Shown here: piece after piece, positions 16,115 to 20,000 of the stretch
Position numbering within the stretch: position 1 is the first letter of the stretch
How the letters are laid out: each line of letters begins with the position of its first letter
Origin: an uncultured virus (IMG/VR IMGVR_UViG_3300016482_000014)
Taxonomy: Duplodnaviria > Heunggongvirae > Uroviricota > Caudoviricetes
IMG/VR virus record: IMGVR_UViG_3300016482_000014
Coordinates: 46,014 to 66,013 of that record
Reading direction: 5' to 3' (one strand)
Length of the DNA: 20,000 bases
The notes under the pieces: generated by a model
What the model saw: only the letters and a program-made list of their open reading frames with translations
Told to the model about the DNA's origin: nothing
Database searches by the model: none
Made by a program: the position numbers and the translations under genes

Positions 16115-18255
16115 CAGCGACCACCATCGTTTTTGATATCAGCACGGATGCTACCCAACTGCCACGCCACGCCGAGATCGTTTGACTCCACTCGCAATGC
16201 CATTTGTCGCCCCCTGAGTCGGGTATACACCTGACCGTTGAACTGCTGGATCGTGTACTGCCTGACATTGGTATAGTTGTCTTCGCTTTGTACCACCGGG
16301 ATATCCGCAGGGCTATATGGCGCACCCGCATTCCGACGGGGCTTCAACGTCATGGTGACAGATGGTTTATCGACATACGAACCGGTAAAGTTAATGTCAG
16401 GCAAAATACGCCAGACAAACGCAAACCTGTTACCATCCCCGATGTCAAAATCAGCAGATTGGATGTGCGCTGAAATCGGCACCGCAGACAAGCCAGACAC
16501 ATCATCCGTGCCAAGTTCGTGATAAATGATCCGGTTATTGTAGTCAGTAGCCATAGGGTATTCCCTAATAGGCGAGTCCAACCACGCAGTTCGTGCCATC
16601 GTGCCGTAGTACCAAACGTTTTCCAAGTAGTTGTAAACCACATATTTATCCACAGTTGTGGAATTGCCAGAGCAATAAAACCACCAAATCTCGTTAAACC
16701 CTTCGTTCGTTCCGGCAAAGACTTGGTACCCTTGGTCTTTGTTGATATCGGAAAAAATGTACTGCCGCAAGGCGCAAGACAATGTTTCCACCCGCCCGGA
16801 GTACATATAGAACTTATCCTTACCCATCCAATACGTCACGTTATTGACGGTAATCATGGAGTTGGGCGACATGATGGAGATGTTTTCCGCCATCTGGTTA
16901 AAACCCCATACGTACGGAGGCCCAAGATACTGCATGGAATACAGCGCGGCGTCTGTCCAGATTAGCTGCTCTTGCCGTGTTGATATCGAGCCAACGATGT
17001 ATGAACCGTGCGACAAACGGAATTCGCCAGACTGGTTGGTAACATCCGGCACCCACATAAACGGATCATCTTGATCTGACCACCTTACCAACATTGGATC
17101 GAACGCTGTATTAGCGTTTGTCGGATCGTAAGAGTTTGCCCCCATCGCAATGACAAATCGTTCTGTTGGGGACACAAGCACTTGGTTAGTGGTGTGCGGA
17201 ACAAAATCTTTATACGTATAGACCGTGCTTGGCACGGTTGCTCCAGAAGCCAGCGAAGACAAATACACACCCCGAGTCGTCACACCAAGGGTGGCATCCC
17301 AATAAAAAATAGGGCCTGCTCGCTGGTTAAACACCAGATCTTCACCGTAATTATCGGCTGCCCAGAGTCTCAATTGCTGCCCAATTCCGGTCGTACCGGG
17401 CGAACCCCACCCACCTGCCCCCCAAGGATCCGCTCCCCAGCCAAGGCCAATCACATAGATATCCAAACCAGTATTGGCTTGATAATCAGCCACAGCAGAT
17501 ACTCCTCCTCCTGACGCAGCAGAAGTGGAGAACACGCCAGCGATATTGACGCTGTATTGCGTGGTATTGATGTAGCTGAATACTTGTTGCTCTTTGTTAA
17601 TGTTTCCAGTGCTAAACCCGCCAAACGCCGTGGCACCAGAAAATGTCACAAAGTCACCAGTTACAACGCCGTGGTTGGCATCCGTCACAACAAATGTAGA
17701 GCAACCAACTGGGTCAGCAGTGGAATGAGAAGCGGCTGTCGTGCCGTTATACCCTCTGACCACGCCAGTCAAATTGTTGGTATCCACGCCGTTAAAGAAC
17801 ATTTCTTCCGTGCCAATCTTGATAACCCCACCCGTTACGGGGAACGATGCGGCGCTGACTAATGGGATCGTAGTTTGTGTGGCGTCAATGTTTGAAGCCA
17901 ATGTGCTGTACGCACTTGAGAAAGGGTTCCCTGTTGCCGGTGGCTGCGGCCCAAGCATGGGGTTGACGGTCTTGCGAATTGGCGTGATATCAGAATACGA
18001 ACCACCAGACTCAATGTAATACTTCAGGTTGGTGCCTAGCCCAACGTAGTTATCACCATCCAGCGACGACCAGTTAACCAACGATCGACATGTACCAAGG
18101 AAGGTATTGTTTGATATTCGTTGCCAGCCACCGATCTTTTCAGCATTGCCAGAACGGAATCGGATCTTGTCGCCATCAAACCAACGACCCTCAGCAGAAT
18201 AGTTCGTGCCTTCTCTGTAGATCCCAGCTTGTAGTGCAAGTTTTACGATGCTCAT
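16114..18255 (-). CDS. tail hub / packaged-DNA stabilisation protein (P22 gp10-like or tail tubular B-like), ~713 aa
   Basis: Start moved to ATG 18255 (MSIVKL), 1 nt after the endolysin stop. RWFDGDKIRFRSGNAEKIGGW N-terminus, beta-propeller-like segments (LVRWSDQDDPFMW, LIWTDAALYSM, EIWWFY, VVYNYLENVWYYG) and C-terminal RLRGRQMALRVES...DGGR. Confidence 0.7.
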   Translation of the reverse strand: MSIVKLALQAGIYREGTNYSAEGRWFDGDKIRFRSGNAEKIGGWQRISNNTFLGTCRSLVNWSSLDGDNYVGLGTNLKYYIESGGSYSDITPIRKTVNPMLGPQPPATGNPFSSAYSTLASNIDATQTTIPLVSAASFPVTGGVIKIGTEEMFFNGVDTNNLTGVVRGYNGTTAASHSTADPVGCSTFVVTDANHGVVTGDFVTFSGATAFGGFSTGNINKEQQVFSYINTTQYSVNIAGVFSTSAASGGGVSAVADYQANTGLDIYVIGLGWGADPWGAGGWGSPGTTGIGQQLRLWAADNYGEDLVFNQRAGPIFYWDATLGVTTRGVYLSSLASGATVPSTVYTYKDFVPHTTNQVLVSPTERFVIAMGANSYDPTNANTAFDPMLVRWSDQDDPFMWVPDVTNQSGEFRLSHGSYIVGSISTRQEQLIWTDAALYSMQYLGPPYVWGFNQMAENISIMSPNSMITVNNVTYWMGKDKFYMYSGRVETLSCALRQYIFSDINKDQGYQVFAGTNEGFNEIWWFYCSGNSTTVDKYVVYNYLENVWYYGTMARTAWLDSPIREYPMATDYNNRIIYHELGTDDVSGLSAVPISAHIQSADFDIGDGNRFAFVWRILPDINFTGSYVDKPSVTMTLKPRRNAGAPYSPADIPVVQSEDNYTNVRQYTIQQFNGQVYTRLRGRQMALRVESNDLGVAWQLGSIRADIKNDGGR

Positions 18256-18256
18256 A

Positions 18257-18877
18257 TCAGCCCTTTTGATTAAAGTATTCAATCAGCTTGGCATACTTTG
18301 TACTGCGATCATCCAGTCCGTGCGTTCCGCCATTGATCCGGCGCGTCATACCCGGCACATCCTGTGCGTCAGCAAGACCATTTAAACGATTCACGCTCCA
18401 AAACCACCCTGCGGACTCAGCGGCATATTTCGGGTCTTCCACGATCTCTGGCTTGACCAGTGCCTCGTTATCACAAGCAAGGCTGTACGCCACGTAGTTG
18501 TTTTTGCCAGTCAGTTGAATTAGACCACGACCGATATACTTCCATCCATCCCCAGAGGCTTCATCGCCGTTACCCATGCGGTCACTGTACACCCTGTTGG
18601 CAATCTTCTCTGGATTCATGGCGTAGCGCTGCGCAACCTCCAGATTGGGAAACCGGGTAGGCCACACCCGCATCAGACTGGCAGCGGAGTAGTTCAGGTT
18701 CTCCCGAACGAATTTAAACCCGCCAGACTCATGTGCCGTTTGGCTGAGAAAACCAGCAACCCGGTGAGGTGTATTGATCTCAAACCGCTCACAAGTCGCA
18801 GACAAAGGTTCCGCCCACCTATCGGCAAGTTCCGGCGTGGTGATCGTGCGAAGCAACTCAGGGGTAACCAAACTCAT
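18257..18877 (-). CDS. glycoside hydrolase family 19 endolysin (chitinase-like lysozyme), 206 aa
   Basis: AGFLSQTAHESGGF...ENLNYS, GDGWKYIGRGLIQLTGKNNY, SAGWFW and RRINGGTHGLDDR are canonical phage GH19 motifs. Confidence 0.93.
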   Translation of the reverse strand: MSLVTPELLRTITTPELADRWAEPLSATCERFEINTPHRVAGFLSQTAHESGGFKFVRENLNYSAASLMRVWPTRFPNLEVAQRYAMNPEKIANRVYSDRMGNGDEASGDGWKYIGRGLIQLTGKNNYVAYSLACDNEALVKPEIVEDPKYAAESAGWFWSVNRLNGLADAQDVPGMTRRINGGTHGLDDRSTKYAKLIEYFNQKG

Positions 18878-19347
18878 TTCTTGTCTTTCTCTTTGCTGCC
18901 CATGCTTGAGCCAAAGAAGAACTGAAGGATTGTTGCTACGACCGTACCCAGCAAGAAGCCAAGGATCGTGTCAGCAAAACGCTGGTTGTCTTCCGGGATC
19001 GTGCCAAACGTAATAAACGCAATGTACCCAGCAGCAAAAATAGACCAGAAAGTTGCGAAGATGTAGATGAACCGCTTGCTGAACAAGTCATCCTGTTGCA
19101 GCGCAGCAACCTGCATTGCCCGAGCGTTGGCAGTGTCACCGTAAGCCATGGCGATCAGTTCTTTCTCATGCTCCATCACCGCACGTTTCCAGTTTTCTAC
19201 AGCTTCCGGGCTTGGGTCTGGGGTGAGTTCAATACCGAGCTTCTCCTCAACAAACTCTTTGCCCTTTTTGGTGACAGCATCAGCAACAATACCCAGACCG
19301 TTTGCGGCAAGGGTGGCAAGAATCGGTGCAAGTACAGGTAGGATCAT
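18874..19347 (-). CDS. putative holin / lysis membrane protein (~157 aa)
   Basis: Start moved to ATG 19347 (GAGGTG 4 nt upstream). Hydrophobic N-terminus, two C-terminal TM segments (FIYIFATFWSIFAAGYIAFITF; ILGFLLGTVVATILQFFFGSS) and a basic tail. ATGA overlap with the endolysin. Confidence 0.7.
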   Translation of the reverse strand: MILPVLAPILATLAANGLGIVADAVTKKGKEFVEEKLGIELTPDPSPEAVENWKRAVMEHEKELIAMAYGDTANARAMQVAALQQDDLFSKRFIYIFATFWSIFAAGYIAFITFGTIPEDNQRFADTILGFLLGTVVATILQFFFGSSMGSKEKDKK

Positions 19348-19355
19348 GTCACACC

Positions 19356-20000
19356 TCAAGTTTTGATAATGTATGCGAGCGCATAGTACGGAGGCCTGTT
19401 TTCGTGTGCCTGCCCGCCACCAGTCGTATTGGTGGTAAATGTGTGGTTGTGGTCAATACTCGTAGAATCTGTCGTGCCAGAGTGCGTATGGTTAGCGCTT
19501 TGCACACCCGTTGTAATTGAATGCGAGTGAGATACGTTGGAGTTCATCCCACCGCTGGTGAAGCCGTGCTGGTGGTTATTGCTTATTCCGCCGGTGTTTC
19601 CAGAAAAGCCGTGAGCGTGGTCGTTACTTGCTCCGCTAGTGCCAAACGAGTGAGCGTGGCTTTCCGAGCCAGAAATATACAGGTTTCCATACCCAATTTC
19701 TTCATCGTAGCGAGTGCGGATGATGAACCGGTTGCCACCGGTATGGTAGTGCGTATTAGCCCCAGATGTAGAACCGGAGTGCGAGTGATCTGCGCTCTGT
19801 CCGCCAGTGCTACCACTAAACCCGTGCGTATGGTTTTGATTTTCGCTTGCAGTTGTGCCGCTATGCGTATGGTCAATACTAGCCAGCGCCGTCGTGCCAC
19901 TATGCGTATGGTCTGCGCTTTGATTGCCAGAGGTGAATGTATGGGTGTGGGCAACGTCGGTATTGTTTGTCGTGCCGCTGTGGGTGTGGCTTGGCATCTG
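19356..20000 (-). CDS. tail fibre C-terminal needle domain with 13 His-x-His motifs (5' truncated)
   Basis: The frame stays open past the window edge (CAG before the ATG at 19997). QMPSHTH start, repeated HxH units and a terminal HENRPPYYALAYIIKT are characteristic of T4 gp12/gp37-type collar-needle fibres. Confidence 0.85.
   Translation of the reverse strand, partial: QMPSHTHSGTTNNTDVAHTHTFTSGNQSADHTHSGTTALASIDHTHSGTTASENQNHTHGFSGSTGGQSADHSHSGSTSGANTHYHTGGNRFIIRTRYDEEIGYGNLYISGSESHAHSFGTSGASNDHAHGFSGNTGGISNNHQHGFTSGGMNSNVSHSHSITTGVQSANHTHSGTTDSTSIDHNHTFTTNTTGGGQAHENRPPYYALAYIIKT

Noticed and set aside
18256..18282. 9-aa N-terminal extension of the 722-aa ORF call
   Set aside because: Overlaps the endolysin end; ATG 18255 directly follows its stop with a purine-rich upstream sequence.
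19440..19990. DNA repeats in the tail fibre as a diversity-generating retroelement VR/TR pair
   Set aside because: Repeats are short, in frame and explained by the 13-aa protein unit; no adenine-specific mismatch pattern and no reverse transcriptase in the window.
1..20000. Alternative genetic code or stop-codon reassignment
   Set aside because: Standard code 11 gives near-complete gene tiling with TAA, TAG and TGA all used as stops at coupled junctions.

Overview
A 20 kb segment of a tailed dsDNA phage genome with podovirus-like (P22/T7-style) organisation and two convergent arms. The + arm (1-3634) is replicative: the acidic C-terminus of a probable SSB, an intrinsic terminator, an XRE-type HTH protein, a 973-aa primase-helicase (AEP primase, Cys cluster, DUF927-like P-loop ATPase) and a small hypothetical protein. 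The - arm (3732->20000) is a tightly coupled late operon. In transcription order it encodes a His-x-His-repeat tail fibre (partial), a holin-like protein, a GH19 endolysin, a gp10-like tail hub, a small needle/fibre protein, a Gly/Ala-rich internal virion protein, a GNAT-like protein, an 1103-aa Gln/Gly-rich ejection protein and a 2075-aa polyvalent protein (HExxH zincin, possible ADP-ribosyltransferase-like segment, LPD38-like C-terminus). The best novelty candidate is the 97-bp gap between the arms. It holds a sigma70-like promoter, a ~85-90 nt transcript with three CUCUCC anti-Shine-Dalgarno-like motifs (two in the loops of perfect hairpins) and its own terminator, i.e. a candidate phage sRNA. 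All family assignments come from reading motifs by eye; no database searches were run.
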